Assembly: GCA_965203135.1 (NCBI GenBank)
Contig: CBDBBO010000001.1
Location: forward strand, 1,780,983-1,844,982
Origin: Dehalococcoidia bacterium
GTDB taxonomy: Bacteria; Chloroflexota; Dehalococcoidia; Lucifugimonadales; CATOSD01
Length of the DNA stretch: 64,000 nucleotides
Direction of reading: 5' to 3'
Below are positions 1 through 10,313 of this stretch, in pieces; the first letter of the stretch is position 1; each line of letters starts with the position of its first letter. The notes under the pieces are model-generated. The model had not been told where the DNA came from. It was given only the letters and a program-made list of their open reading frames with translations, and did not search any database. Made by a program: the position numbers and the translations under genes.

Positions 1-369
1 GCCCAGGATGTCGTACACCGCCCTGGCCACGTCGCGCCACACCTCCCGCTGCGCGCACGCCGGCGCGTGTACGCACACATCGGCGTCGTCCAGGCAGGCA
101 ACCAGCGTCTCGGCGCCTGCCAGGCACTCCATCACGTCGCTAAGAAGTATCTCCGAAGGCTCCATCGCCAGCGAGTGGCCGCCCTGCGGCCCGCGCTGGC
201 TGTGCAGCATGTTGCGCTTGCGCAGCGCGCGCAGCACCTGCGCGAGGTACGGCTCCGGTATCGCCATGCGCCTCGCGATCTGCGCGGCCTGCACCGGGCC
301 GCCCTCCGAGTGCAGCGCGATGTCCACCAGCGCGCGCACGCCGTAATCAACCTTAATCGGGATATGCAT
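1..369 (-). CDS. Rrf2-family (IscR-like) transcriptional regulator, 3' end outside window
   Basis: Not in the ORF track because it runs off the edge. Manual translation from ATG 369: MHIPIKVDYGVRALVDIA...PEPYLAQVL...SQRGPQGGH...ACLDDADVCVHAPAC, an Rrf2 wHTH with three Cys; follows sufU. Confidence 0.9.
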   Translation of the reverse strand, partial: MHIPIKVDYGVRALVDIALHSEGGPVQAAQIARRMAIPEPYLAQVLRALRKRNMLHSQRGPQGGHSLAMEPSEILLSDVMECLAGAETLVACLDDADVCVHAPACAQREVWRDVARAVYDILG

Positions 370-412
370 ATGCGTCTGCCTCCCGTTCCCGGTGGGGCCT
401 TAGCAACCCCGC

Positions 413-865
413 CTACTCCGTGCTGACTCGCTCGTTCTGCTCGCTCAACGCCGAGTGCAGCGTGTGCCAGGATAGCGTGGCGCACTTGATGCGCGCCGGG
501 AAGTCGGTCACACCGGACATGATCTCCAGGTCGCCCAGCAACTCGGCGTCGTAGTCCTCCTCGGGCCTGCGCGTGATCATGTGGCGAAACGCTTCGAACA
601 CGCGCTCCGCCTCCTCCACGGGAATCCCCTTGACACGCTCGGTCATCATGGACGACGTGGCCTTGGATATGGCGCACCCCTCGGCTATGAATCCGACGTC
701 GCTTATCACGTCGCCATCGACGCTCAGGTACACCGAAATGCGGTCCCCGCACAGCGGATTGAAGCCCTCGGCGCTGCGATTGGCGTCGTCCAGCTTGCGG
801 AAGTTGCGAGGCCGCCGGTTGTGGTCCATCACAACCTCTTGGTACAGTTCGCGAAGGTCGTACAT
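413..865 (-). CDS. sufU: SUF system NifU-family Fe-S assembly protein
   Basis: LYQEVVMDH, NPLCGD, GCAISKA and RIKCATLSWH motifs. Confidence 0.93.
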   Translation of the reverse strand: MYDLRELYQEVVMDHNRRPRNFRKLDDANRSAEGFNPLCGDRISVYLSVDGDVISDVGFIAEGCAISKATSSMMTERVKGIPVEEAERVFEAFRHMITRRPEEDYDAELLGDLEIMSGVTDFPARIKCATLSWHTLHSALSEQNERVSTE

Positions 866-924
866 GTGGGCCTTTCTCTAGCGCTCAAACTTGAGGAATC
901 ATCAGTGGTCTGGTCGCCGACAGG

Positions 925-2271
925 CTAAAACTCGAACCTGTAGCTCGGCAGCGACTCCAGGAAGATGCCCTCCAGGAAATCCCTCAGCTCGTCCAGTTGC
1001 ACCGTGTCGATGATCTCGCTCGCGAAGCCGTAGATGAGCAGCCGGCTCGCCGTCTCCAGGTCCACGCCGCGGCTGCGCATGTAGAAAACGGTGTCCTCGC
1101 TGATGTTGCCCGCCGTAGCCCCGTGGCCGCACTTCACGTCGTCCGCGTAGATGTACAGCGCGGGCTTGCTGTCCACTTCCGCTGTCGGCGACAGTACCAG
1201 GTTCTTGTCCGATTGCAGCGAGTCTGTCTTTATCGCGCCCTCACGTACCCACACGGTGCCGCCGAACACCGCCCTGGACCTGCCACTGAGGATGCCCTTG
1301 TAGTACAGGCGGCTGGTCCCGTACGGCTTGGCGTGGTCGATGTTGATGAAGTTGTCCATGTGCTGGCGGCCGGACGTTATGTACAGCCCGCCCAGGTCGC
1401 AGTAGCTCCCTGTGCCGTCGAGCGTCACTTCCAGGTCGTACCGTCCTATCGCGGGGCCCTTCTCGAACGACCTGGACGTGTAGACGCTGTCCTCGGCCTG
1501 TCGCACACGCGCGACGCCCACGTGGTAGGCCTGCTCGCTCTCCAAGAGCAGCCGGTGGTGGTCTATACGCGCGCCGCGCTCCAGCGCCATCTCGGTCACC
1601 GAGTTTGTGAAGTAGCGCTGATCCTGCGCGCCGACGTAGCTCTCCACGACTGTCGCCGCGCTGCCCGCCTCCGCCACCACCAGCGCCCGCGGGTGCGATG
1701 CCGTGGGCTCGTCCGATGCCGTCGAGCAGAAGACGAGGTGAATCGGCGACTCGGCCTTAACGCCCTTCCCGATGCGCACGTACGCGCCGTCCTGCAAGAA
1801 AGCGGTGTTGAGCGCCACAAATCCGTCGTCTTCGGGGCTGGCGTACTCGGCCAATCGCTCCTCGACATTCGTCTCGCCGTTTGCGATGGCCGCTCCGAGG
1901 CTCATAGTGCGCACCCCGTTTGCGGACGGGAGCGGCGAGGACAGCGCCTCCGAGAACCGGCCGTCCACGAACACCAGGTTGGTCCAGCCATCCGTCAGCA
2001 GCGCCGTGCCGCGAAGCTGCTCGCGCGCCCGTTCGGTGGCGGCCGCGGCGTCCTTCGCGCCACCGCCGTGGCGAAAGCTCGCCGCCGCGATGGGCCCGAC
2101 GTTCGTGTACTTCCACTTCTCGTTGCCCCTGCGCGCCGTGGGCATCCCCGTGTCCAGGAAGCGCCGCCAAGCCGCAGCGCGAAGCTCGCGGACACATTGC
2201 GGCTGGCCCTCGGCGCTCAGGGCGGCGTAGTCTGCCGCGTATTGATCGAACTGTGTCAGTGTCGTTGTCAT
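925..2271 (-). CDS. sufD: Fe-S cluster assembly protein SufD
   Basis: EKWKYT, KPALYIYADDVKCGHGAT, FYMRSRG; operon context. Confidence 0.95.
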   Translation of the reverse strand: MTTTLTQFDQYAADYAALSAEGQPQCVRELRAAAWRRFLDTGMPTARRGNEKWKYTNVGPIAAASFRHGGGAKDAAAATERAREQLRGTALLTDGWTNLVFVDGRFSEALSSPLPSANGVRTMSLGAAIANGETNVEERLAEYASPEDDGFVALNTAFLQDGAYVRIGKGVKAESPIHLVFCSTASDEPTASHPRALVVAEAGSAATVVESYVGAQDQRYFTNSVTEMALERGARIDHHRLLLESEQAYHVGVARVRQAEDSVYTSRSFEKGPAIGRYDLEVTLDGTGSYCDLGGLYITSGRQHMDNFINIDHAKPYGTSRLYYKGILSGRSRAVFGGTVWVREGAIKTDSLQSDKNLVLSPTAEVDSKPALYIYADDVKCGHGATAGNISEDTVFYMRSRGVDLETASRLLIYGFASEIIDTVQLDELRDFLEGIFLESLPSYRFEF

Positions 2272-2272
2272 G

Positions 2273-3052
2273 CTACCCCACCGCCTCTCGCACCCAGTCG
2301 TACCCCTTCTCCTCCAATTCCAGCGCCAGCTCCCGCCCGCCGGACATCGCCAGCCTGCCCGCGACCAGCACGTGCACGTAGTCTGGCGTGATGTAGTTGA
2401 GGATGCGCTGGTAGTGTGTCACCAGCACGATGGCCTTCTCCGACCCGCGCAGGTGGTTCACACCGTTCGCCACGATGCGCAGCGCGTCGATGTCCAGGCC
2501 CGAGTCGGTCTCGTCGAGCAGCGCCAGCTTAGGATCGAGCAGCGCCATCTGCAGTATCTCGTTGCGCTTCTTCTCGCCTCCTGAAAAGCCCTCGTTGACG
2601 GAGCGCCTCACCAGGTCCGCAGGCATCTCCATAAGCTCCATCTGTGCCTCGAGGTGGCGGTCGAACTCCCGGATGCTCAGCTCCTTCTGCCCCTTGTGCT
2701 GGCGCACCGCGTCCAGCGCCGTCTTGAGGAACTGCCAGGAGCGCACTCCGGCCAGCTCGACCGGATACTGGAATGCCAGGAAAATCCCCTCGCGCGCGCG
2801 GTCTTCGGGGAGCATCTGGAGGAGGTCCTGTCCCTGGTACAGCACCTCACCCTGGGTGACGGTGTACTCGGGCCGGCCCGCCAGCACGTTCGCCAGCGTG
2901 CTCTTGCCCGAGCCGTTGGGCCCCATTATGGCGTGCGCCTCGCCCAGGTTCACCGTGAGGTTGACGCCGTTCAGAATCGCGGTGTCGTCCACCGAGACGT
3001 GCAGGTCCCGGATTTGCAGAAGTGGTTCGGTGTTGTCCGTATCCTGAGTCAT
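2273..3052 (-). CDS. sufC: Fe-S cluster assembly ATPase SufC
   Basis: Walker A GPNGSGKS, FQYP, NEGFSGGEKKRNE, LDETDSGLDIDAL; start chosen at MTQD (3052). Confidence 0.95.
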   Translation of the reverse strand: MTQDTDNTEPLLQIRDLHVSVDDTAILNGVNLTVNLGEAHAIMGPNGSGKSTLANVLAGRPEYTVTQGEVLYQGQDLLQMLPEDRAREGIFLAFQYPVELAGVRSWQFLKTALDAVRQHKGQKELSIREFDRHLEAQMELMEMPADLVRRSVNEGFSGGEKKRNEILQMALLDPKLALLDETDSGLDIDALRIVANGVNHLRGSEKAIVLVTHYQRILNYITPDYVHVLVAGRLAMSGGRELALELEEKGYDWVREAVG

Positions 3053-3092
3053 CGCTATCGGAGTGTCCCTTTCGGTTAGTGTTTGTCTCTGC

Positions 3093-3536
3093 TTAAGGAT
3101 TGCCGCCCCGCGTCCTGACGAAGGACCTGGAGCGGACATGGTTGCGGCGGGGTGGCTGCTCTGGAGGCGGAATCGCCGCGAGAATGCCCACGAACCTTCT
3201 CACATTATCCATGCGACGGCGTATTGCCCCTTCGCTCCAGTGAGCCTCGTAGAAGTTTGCATGAAGAGCCTGCGCGGTGTCGAACAGATTGTCAATCTCC
3301 TCATTCCCCGTTTCCTCGACCAGGCGCTCAGCCACGATCGCGAGATGGGAATGTGTGTCGTGGCCCCAGTCGCGCTCCGTCGCCAGCGCCTTCAGGTGCT
3401 GTGCCGCCGCGCCCCAGGACTTCTCGGAGGCCTGCACGAAATCGCCCTTCTCGAACTCCGCCTCCGCCTCCTGCAGAAGCCAGTCCCCAGTGATCCGGAA
3501 CTCCTTGGCGAACTCGTTGACGTCGACGTACGTCAT
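3093..3536 (-). CDS. PaREP1/HEPN-like protein
   Basis: EAEFEKGDFVQASEKSWGAA...LHANFY signature typical of the PaREP1 family. Confidence 0.8.
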   Translation of the reverse strand: MTYVDVNEFAKEFRITGDWLLQEAEAEFEKGDFVQASEKSWGAAAQHLKALATERDWGHDTHSHLAIVAERLVEETGNEEIDNLFDTAQALHANFYEAHWSEGAIRRRMDNVRRFVGILAAIPPPEQPPRRNHVRSRSFVRTRGGNP

Positions 3537-3539
3537 CCC

Positions 3540-5001
3540 CTAGCCTACCGTGCCTTCGAGGTTCACCCTGAGAAGCTGCGACGCCTCCGCCGCGAACTCG
3601 AACGGCAGCTCCTTGAAGATGCCCCGGCAGAAGCCGTTGATGATCATGTAGTTGGCGTCGTCGAGCGAAATTCCACGCTGCTGCAGGTAGAAGAGTTGGT
3701 CGTCGTTCACCTTGGACGTCGTTGCCTCGTGGCCCATCCGCGCCGTGGGATTGCGCACCTCGATGTAGGGCACGGTGTGCGCTCCGCACTGGTCGCCGAT
3801 CAGCAGCGAGTCGCACTGCGTGAAGTTGCGGGCGTTCTTGGCGGTGGGCATTATCTTCACCATGCCGCGGTAGGTGGCCTGGCCGTGCCCCGCCGATATG
3901 CCCTTGGCGACGATGGTGCTGCGCGTGTTCTTGCCCAGGTGGATCATCTTGGTGCCCGTGTCGGCCTGCTGGTAGTTGTTCGTCAGCGCGACCGAGTAGA
4001 ACTCGCCCACCGAGTTGTCGCCCTGGAGTATCACGCTCGGGTACTTCCACGTGATGGCCGAGCCGGTTTCCACCTGCGTCCAGGATATCTTGGAGTTGAC
4101 GCCCGCCGCCTGGCCCCTCTTGGTGACGAAGTTGTACACGCCCCCGTTGCCGTCCTTGTCGCCCGGGTACCAGTTCTGCAGCGTGGAGTACTTGATCTCT
4201 GCGTCGTCCAGCGCCACCAGCTCCACTACCGCCGCGTGGAGCTGGTGCGTCTTGCGGATGGGCGCGGTGCAGCCCTCCAGGTAGCTCACGTAACTACCCT
4301 TGTCGGCGATGATGAGCGTCCGCTCGAACTGCCCCGTGTCGATCTCGTTGATGCGGAAGTACGTCATCAGCTCGACCGGACACCGCACGCCCTCAGGCAC
4401 GTAGCAGAACGAGCCGTCGCTGAAGACCGCCGAGTTCAGCGCGGCGTAGAAGTTGTCGCTGTACGGCACCACCGAGCCGATGTACTTCTTCACCAGCTCC
4501 GGGTGGTTCTGCACCGCCTCGCTCATCGAGCAGAATATGACGCCGGCCTTCTCCAGCATCTCCTTGTAGGTCGTGGCGACGGACACGCTGTCCAGCACCG
4601 CGTCGACCGCCACGCCGGTGAGCCGCTTCTGCTCCTCCAGCGGTATGCCCAGCTTGTCGAAAGCCTCCAGCACCTCGGGATCGACGTCGTCCAGGCCTCT
4701 TCGGGCCGTCCCCCTGGGACTTGGGCGCAGCGTAGTAGATGATGTCCTGGAAGTCGATGGGAGGGTGCTCGATGTTAGCCCACGTGGGCTCCTCGTTGCC
4801 CAGCGTCAGCCAGTGGCGGTACGCCTTCAACCGCCACTCCAGCATCCACTCGGGCTCCTGCTTTTTGGCCGAAATCAGCCGGACTATGTCCTCGCTGAGG
4901 CCCCTGGGGGCTATGTCCGACTCGATGTCCAAGTCGAAGCCCCACCTGTAGGCGGCTTCCTCGATGCCAGTCTCGCGTGAAATGACCTTCTGCGTGGTCA
5001 T
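3540..5001 (-). CDS. sufB: Fe-S cluster assembly protein SufB, apparent frameshift (one extra base) near 4696
   Basis: N-terminus MTTQKV...[28 protein letters not shown] is in one frame, the rest ([22 protein letters not shown]) in another; deleting one G in AAGAGGCCTG restores PKSLDDVDPE. Confidence 0.93.
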
Positions 5002-5113
5002 GCGTGTCGCGTCTCCTGTCTGATCCTGATTGCCGGTAGAGGGCCGCCCCGATTGGTCGGGCGCTCGCAATCGCCCCCTCCGTCGCTGCGTGAACTTTCG
5101 TGTTTGGATTAGG

Positions 5114-5136
5114 TTCTTGATGAATTCGGTCAAGAA
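5114..5136. promoter_or_regulatory. Putative Rrf2/IscR-type operator upstream of sufB
   Basis: Inverted repeat TTCTTGA-N9-TCAAGAA about 110 bp upstream of sufB; Rrf2 gene in the same operon. Confidence 0.6.
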
Positions 5137-5257
5137 TAAATTATGCCATTTCTGGAGCCGAATCGCAAGGTTTTCCTTTGAGCCGAGGCTGGTTCTCCAT
5201 AGCCATGCCGCCATCGCCTGAACCGCTACCGAGGACACTATTGGCACGTCTGTTACA

Positions 5258-7180
5258 ATGGCGACGCTTGGTGGGCGGATTCAGGCATCGCACGATGTAG
5301 CATTGCGAGAACAAATGGGAAAATCGAAACTATCCGCCGATGAAGCGCACACCCCCGCGCACCCAACGGTGCTCAGGGTCATTCGCGCCTCAATGGCGAC
5401 CCTTGTGGTGGCGCTGCTGCTGGGCATGGCAGCCGATTCTAGCCTTCGCATCGCGCTGGAATCCAGTCCGGTGAACGCCCAAGCTAGCAATTCTGACAGG
5501 GACAGTCTGGTCGCCTTATTCGAGGCCACCGGCGGCCCCCAGTGGGGGAATAGCGCCAACTGGCTGAGTGACAGGCCTGTGGGTGAGTGGTATGGCATCT
5601 CTGCCGATAAGTCCGGCAGGGTGTTTGACATCGCTCTACCCGACAACCGTTTGATTGGGAAGATTCCTGCTGAACTCGGCAGCCTATCAAATCTGGACAG
5701 ACTGGACTTGTCATTCAATAGTTTGGTTGGTGAGATACCTGCCGAAATAGGCAACCTGTCCAATCTGACTAATTTGGACCTCAGTGCCAATTCACTGACC
5801 GGTGAGATACCTGCCGAAATAGGCAACCTGTTGTATCTGAAAGGGCTGTACCTCGCGAGCAACCGGCTAATCGGAGAGATTCCGGCCGAAATAGGCAACT
5901 TGGCCGGTCTATATGAACTCTACCTTTACCACAACGAGTTGACCGGGCAGATTCCTGTTGAACTTGGCGACCTGTCCAACTTGGACCGGCTTCATCTCTA
6001 TCACAACCGGTTGACCGGTGAAGTACCTGTTGAACTTGCCGGCATGTCCAGTCTCCGAGATCTGCACCTATCTAGTAACGAGTTGACTGGTGAGATACCG
6101 GTTGAACTCGTCGACCTGTCCAATCTGCGATGGCTGAGTCTCTTGGACAACAAGTTGACTGGTGAGATACCGGTTGAACTCGCCGATCTGTCTAATCTGA
6201 ATGCGCTTTATCTTGGACACAACCGGTTGACTGGTGAAATTCCTGTTGAGCTAGCGAGCCTGTCTAATCTGCGCTCCCTGCACTTGTCAGGCAACCAGTT
6301 GGTCGGAAAGATACCGGCTGAACTCGGTAGATTGTCCTATCTCGAATTGCTGGATCTGTCTGACAACCAGTTAACTGGGGAAATTCCGGCCGACCTCGGC
6401 ACCCTCCGCCAGTTGGTGCAGCTGTACCTCTCTAGTAATCGCCTGTCCGGGAAGATACCGCATGATTTAACAGAGTTACTGCGTATACGTTTCTTCCATG
6501 TCCACGAAAATGCAGAGCTTTGCACGCCGACGGATGCCGCATTCTTGCAATGGCTCGGAGCCATTCCTGAAACGAAAATCGTCCCGTATTGTTCTTCCTC
6601 AGCCACTCCAATGCCTGCTGCCACGCCAACGTCTACGCCCGAGCCTACGCCCACCGCCACGCTTACGCCCGAGCCCACGCCTACGCCCGAGCCCACGCCT
6701 ACGCCCGAGCCTACGCCTACCGCCACGCTTGCGCCCGAGCCCACGCCTACGCCCGAACCCACGCCCACGCCCTCCCCTACTGCCACGCCTACGCCCGAAC
6801 CCACGCCCACGTCGACGCCCACTCCTACCCCTACTGCCACGCTCACGCCTGAGCCGACACCAACCGCCACTCCGATACCGACTGCCACGCCAACCGCTAC
6901 GCCGACACCCACGCCAACCGCTATACCGACACACACGCCGACCGCAACACCTGTGCCGACTGCCACGCCCACGCCAACCGAGGCTGCGGTTGTTCCGCCG
7001 CCGGAGTCTGAAGACCTCCCCCGTTGGACCACGTCATTGCCGGTTTTCCTGACAGCTATAGGGCTGACGGCACTGATAGCCCTCCTGGCCGGCCTGGTGA
7101 TTGGCGTGCTGGCGTACGCCCTTTTCCTGCGGTTACAATCGCGACACTATGAGGCGGACGACAATCGCCGGCTGGAATGA
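5258..7180 (+). CDS. Membrane-anchored leucine-rich repeat protein with Pro/Thr-rich stalk
   Basis: About 12 plant-type 24-aa LRRs (LxxLxLxxNxLTGEIPxELxxL), (TP/EP)n linker, C-terminal TM; true start may be further downstream. Confidence 0.9.
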   Translation: MATLGGRIQASHDVALREQMGKSKLSADEAHTPAHPTVLRVIRASMATLVVALLLGMAADSSLRIALESSPVNAQASNSDRDSLVALFEATGGPQWGNSANWLSDRPVGEWYGISADKSGRVFDIALPDNRLIGKIPAELGSLSNLDRLDLSFNSLVGEIPAEIGNLSNLTNLDLSANSLTGEIPAEIGNLLYLKGLYLASNRLIGEIPAEIGNLAGLYELYLYHNELTGQIPVELGDLSNLDRLHLYHNRLTGEVPVELAGMSSLRDLHLSSNELTGEIPVELVDLSNLRWLSLLDNKLTGEIPVELADLSNLNALYLGHNRLTGEIPVELASLSNLRSLHLSGNQLVGKIPAELGRLSYLELLDLSDNQLTGEIPADLGTLRQLVQLYLSSNRLSGKIPHDLTELLRIRFFHVHENAELCTPTDAAFLQWLGAIPETKIVPYCSSSATPMPAATPTSTPEPTPTATLTPEPTPTPEPTPTPEPTPTATLAPEPTPTPEPTPTPSPTATPTPEPTPTSTPTPTPTATLTPEPTPTATPIPTATPTATPTPTPTAIPTHTPTATPVPTATPTPTEAAVVPPPESEDLPRWTTSLPVFLTAIGLTALIALLAGLVIGVLAYALFLRLQSRHYEADDNRRLE

Positions 7181-7305
7181 CAATGAGGGTTAGCGTGTGC
7201 GGCGTCGCCCAGAGACGGCAATCGGGTGGAAACTTGCCGAACCGGCTCGCCAAGACTCTCCCCCAACCCTGCTACAATTGGACCACCCTAACTGGAGAAC
7301 CAACC

Positions 7306-8106
7306 ATGCTAGTACTCAAAACCAGCCCCTCATTCCTGCAAAGAATCGCCGTCGTCGAGGTGTTCGGCGCCATCGGCGGCAGCGTCAGCTCGTCCGCCCA
7401 CGAGCGCGTCTTCACCGCCATCGAGAAGGACGACAAGATCCGCGCCCTCGTGCTGGACATCGACTCCCCCGGAGGCGGAGTCTCGGCATCCGACTACCTG
7501 TACCACAGCGTCGCCAGGATCGCCGAAAAGAAGCCCGTCATCGCCAGCATACGCGGCCTGGGCGCGTCCGGCGCCTACTACATAAGCTGCGCTGCGCAGA
7601 TTATCGTCGCCTCCCCCGCGGCCCTGGTCGGCTCCATCGGCGTCTTGTCCGTCCGTCCCGCCCTGCGCGAGATGCTCCAGAAGGCGGGCGTGCGGGTAAG
7701 CGTGAACAAGAGCGGACGCCTGAAGGACATGGGCGCCGTGTGGCGCGACGCCACTCCCGAAGAGTCGGAGAAGATGCAGGAGATGGTGGACCACTCATAC
7801 GACATGTTCGTGTCGATCGTCGCGAAGGCCCGCAGCCTCGACGAGGACGCCGTTCGCGGTCTCGCCACCGGCGAGGTGTACTGGGCGCCGAGAGCGCACG
7901 AGCTTGGCCTCGTGGACGAACTGGGCGACCTCCAGAGGGCCATCGACATCGCCGCCGAGCTATCCGGTGCGCCGCGCAAGCCCATCTTCATGCGCCCCAG
8001 CCGCTCGCTCCGTGCGCGGCTGTTCGGCGCCATGGCCGACTCCCTGGTGGACTCCGTAGCCAACCGCATCGAGCGCCGCATCTACAACGACGCCATGAGA
8101 TACTAG
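7306..8106 (+). CDS. sppA: Signal peptide peptidase, S49 family
   Basis: IDSPGG, GASGAYYI, VGSIGV, GLVDELG; GGAGA RBS before ATG 7306. Confidence 0.92.
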   Translation: MLVLKTSPSFLQRIAVVEVFGAIGGSVSSSAHERVFTAIEKDDKIRALVLDIDSPGGGVSASDYLYHSVARIAEKKPVIASIRGLGASGAYYISCAAQIIVASPAALVGSIGVLSVRPALREMLQKAGVRVSVNKSGRLKDMGAVWRDATPEESEKMQEMVDHSYDMFVSIVAKARSLDEDAVRGLATGEVYWAPRAHELGLVDELGDLQRAIDIAAELSGAPRKPIFMRPSRSLRARLFGAMADSLVDSVANRIERRIYNDAMRY

Positions 8107-8118
8107 GGAGTTCCAAAT

Positions 8119-8193
8119 GTCCCTTCACCCTCGACGGGGGAGGGGGCCAAAAGTCCCTTCCCCCGTCAAAGGGGGAAGGTTAGGATGGGGGTG
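8119..8193. repeat. REP-like palindromic intergenic repeat
   Basis: CCTTCCCCCGTCAAAGGGGGAAGGTTAGGATGGGGGTG hairpins between convergent genes; related copies at about 28283 and 55375. Confidence 0.7.
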
Positions 8194-8212
8194 GACGAGC
8201 GCCGCCAGATCC

Positions 8213-9805
8213 CTAGCCCCCAAACCCTCGTATCACCCTCCCCGGCGTCTCCCCCGTGAACTCCCCGTTCTCGATAACCAGCGCCCCGTTCACCGCCACG
8301 TGCGGCACCCCCACCGGGTAGCTGTGCGGCGCCTCGAACGTCGCCGTGTCCGCCACCGTGTCCGGGTCCAGCGCCACCAGATCCGCGGCGAAACCGGGCG
8401 CGATGCGGCCCCTGCGGCTCAGCCCCATGCGCTGGGCCGGCAGCATCGTCATCTTGCGTATCGCCTCCTCCAGCGACACCAGCCCGCGCTCGCGGACGAA
8501 CTGCGCCAGGAACCGCGGGTTCGTGCCGTAACTGCGCGGGTGCGGCTGCCCCACCGACAGCACGCCCTCCGTCGACAGCGACGTCCCGTCCGACCCCACC
8601 GATATCAGCGGATGGCTGGCTATCGTCTCCATGTCCGGGTCGCGCATCGCGTGGATGATCACCTGCCCGTCGCCCTCCTCGTACATCTTCAGCGCCGCCT
8701 CCGTGGCCGATAGCCCCATGTCTGACGCGATCTCCGCCATGCTCATCCCCTCGTACCGAGGCTCCGGCGTGAACCTCGCAATCACCACGCCCTCCGGGTT
8801 CCCCGTCTTGGAGTAGATGACGTCCATGTCCGCCATCAGCCGCGCCCTGGACGCCGGGTCCGCCATGTGCGCCAGCGTCGCGTCCCGACCGCCGTCCAGC
8901 GACCAGCGCGGGAACAGCGCGCCCGTCAGCCCGGTGCTGCCGGCGGTGTAAGGATACTGGTCCCCTGCCACGTCCAGTCCCTCGTCGTTGGCACGCTCGA
9001 ACAGCGCCAGCGCGTCCGCGGCGCGTCCCCAGACCGACGGCCCCATGCACTTGACGTGCGAAATCTGGACGCGCACGCCGGTCCTGCGCCCCACCTCGAT
9101 AGCCTCGTTGATGGCGACGAACAGGCCCACGCTGTGGTTGCCCTCGTCCCGCATGTGCGTGGAGTACACCTTGCCCCGGCTTGCCGCCTCGCTTGCGACC
9201 TCGATCACCTCGTCCAGTCGCGCGTAGTTGCCCGGCGCATAGAACAGGCCGGTCGAAAACCCCATCGCGCCCGCGTCCAGGCACTCGCCCGCCAGCGCCT
9301 TCATCCGATCAAGCTCGTCGCCGGTGGGCGCGCGCGAGTCCAGCCCCAGCACGCACGAGCGCAGCGTGGCGTGCCCAACCTGCACGGCGATGTTCAGCGC
9401 CGGCCGCGCCCTCTGCAGCGCGTCCAGGTAGCCGCCGAAGTCGTCCCAGTCCAGCTCGAGGTCGTCCTCGTACTGCGTCGACCGCGTCTCGAACAGCTCC
9501 CTGGCCGCGCCCAGCAACGGCGCGCAAAAGCTGGAGCCGCAATTGCCCGCCAGTTCCAGCGTCACGCCCTGTCGCACCTTGCTCTGCGCGGTGTTGTCGA
9601 GCAGGAACGACATGTCGCTGTGCGTGTGCAGGTCGATGAAGCCGGGCGTGACCACCAGTCCCGACCCGTCGACGCGCCTGGCCGCCTCGCCCTCTAACCG
9701 GCCGATGGCCGCAATCTCGTCGCCGACCACGCCCACGTCCGCCTGGTACGCGGCGCTGCCCGTGCCGTCGATAATTCGTCCGTTCTGGATGAGTAGGTCG
9801 TACAT
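8213..9805 (-). CDS. N-acyl-D-amino-acid deacylase (D-aminoacylase)
   Basis: PGFIDLHTHSD, GNCG, HMRDE, HPRSYGT, ADLV amidohydrolase motifs. Confidence 0.93.
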   Translation of the reverse strand: MYDLLIQNGRIIDGTGSAAYQADVGVVGDEIAAIGRLEGEAARRVDGSGLVVTPGFIDLHTHSDMSFLLDNTAQSKVRQGVTLELAGNCGSSFCAPLLGAARELFETRSTQYEDDLELDWDDFGGYLDALQRARPALNIAVQVGHATLRSCVLGLDSRAPTGDELDRMKALAGECLDAGAMGFSTGLFYAPGNYARLDEVIEVASEAASRGKVYSTHMRDEGNHSVGLFVAINEAIEVGRRTGVRVQISHVKCMGPSVWGRAADALALFERANDEGLDVAGDQYPYTAGSTGLTGALFPRWSLDGGRDATLAHMADPASRARLMADMDVIYSKTGNPEGVVIARFTPEPRYEGMSMAEIASDMGLSATEAALKMYEEGDGQVIIHAMRDPDMETIASHPLISVGSDGTSLSTEGVLSVGQPHPRSYGTNPRFLAQFVRERGLVSLEEAIRKMTMLPAQRMGLSRRGRIAPGFAADLVALDPDTVADTATFEAPHSYPVGVPHVAVNGALVIENGEFTGETPGRVIRGFGG

Positions 9806-9893
9806 GGCTGTGGGCCTCCTGAGAGTGTGGTGTTGTAGGGTTTGGCGTTACGTGCGACGGGCAGGCGACCATCAATCTCGTCGAGCTAAAGCC

Positions 9894-10313
9894 TTACGGG
9901 GCAGGCTTCATCAGTATGGTAAAGCCTTCCTGCTCGAAGTTGTGGTCGCTGGTCAGAGCTTGGGTGATGCCCTCCGCGTCCATGACGTTCATGGCAATGC
10001 AGTTTTGGATGCTGTAGTTCTTGTCGGGGCGATTCTCATAGCGTGCCAACCCATCCAAAAAAGACTGTCGGGATTGGGGAATTACGCGGATTTCGCTGGT
10101 ATCCAGTACTTCCCTAACCAGTTCCGCAGCTAACCTGCGCCCTGTCTCGCCCGTGTTGGAAAAGGAGGTCAGGACTTCTACAAGCACTTCGTCGGTAGTC
10201 AACAGAGGCGTATCACCCAGGTGCTCACGGGCGTCCATCGCAAGTTGGCGCCATTGGTCCCGTGACACCAGGATAGCGACAAAGAACGCCGTATCTACGA
10301 AGACGGCGGCCAC
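9894..10313 (-). CDS. PIN-domain (VapC-like) toxin
   Basis: VFVDTAFF, acidic EV..E, LTSDHNFEQEGF. Confidence 0.88.
   Translation of the reverse strand: MAAVFVDTAFFVAILVSRDQWRQLAMDAREHLGDTPLLTTDEVLVEVLTSFSNTGETGRRLAAELVREVLDTSEIRVIPQSRQSFLDGLARYENRPDKNYSIQNCIAMNVMDAEGITQALTSDHNFEQEGFTILMKPAP

Noticed and set aside
997-4742. Long opposite-strand or alternate-frame ORFs (e.g. 997-2391, 3063-4742, 24516-26309, 33962-35794, 44246-46507, 53214-55055)
   Set aside because: Shadow ORFs of high-GC genes: they overlap well-supported CDSs and lack motifs
6610-6980. Tandem ACGCCC-type repeats (also 29200-29430) as CRISPR or VNTR
   Set aside because: In-frame Pro/Thr linker codons; no constant repeat with unique spacers and no cas genes
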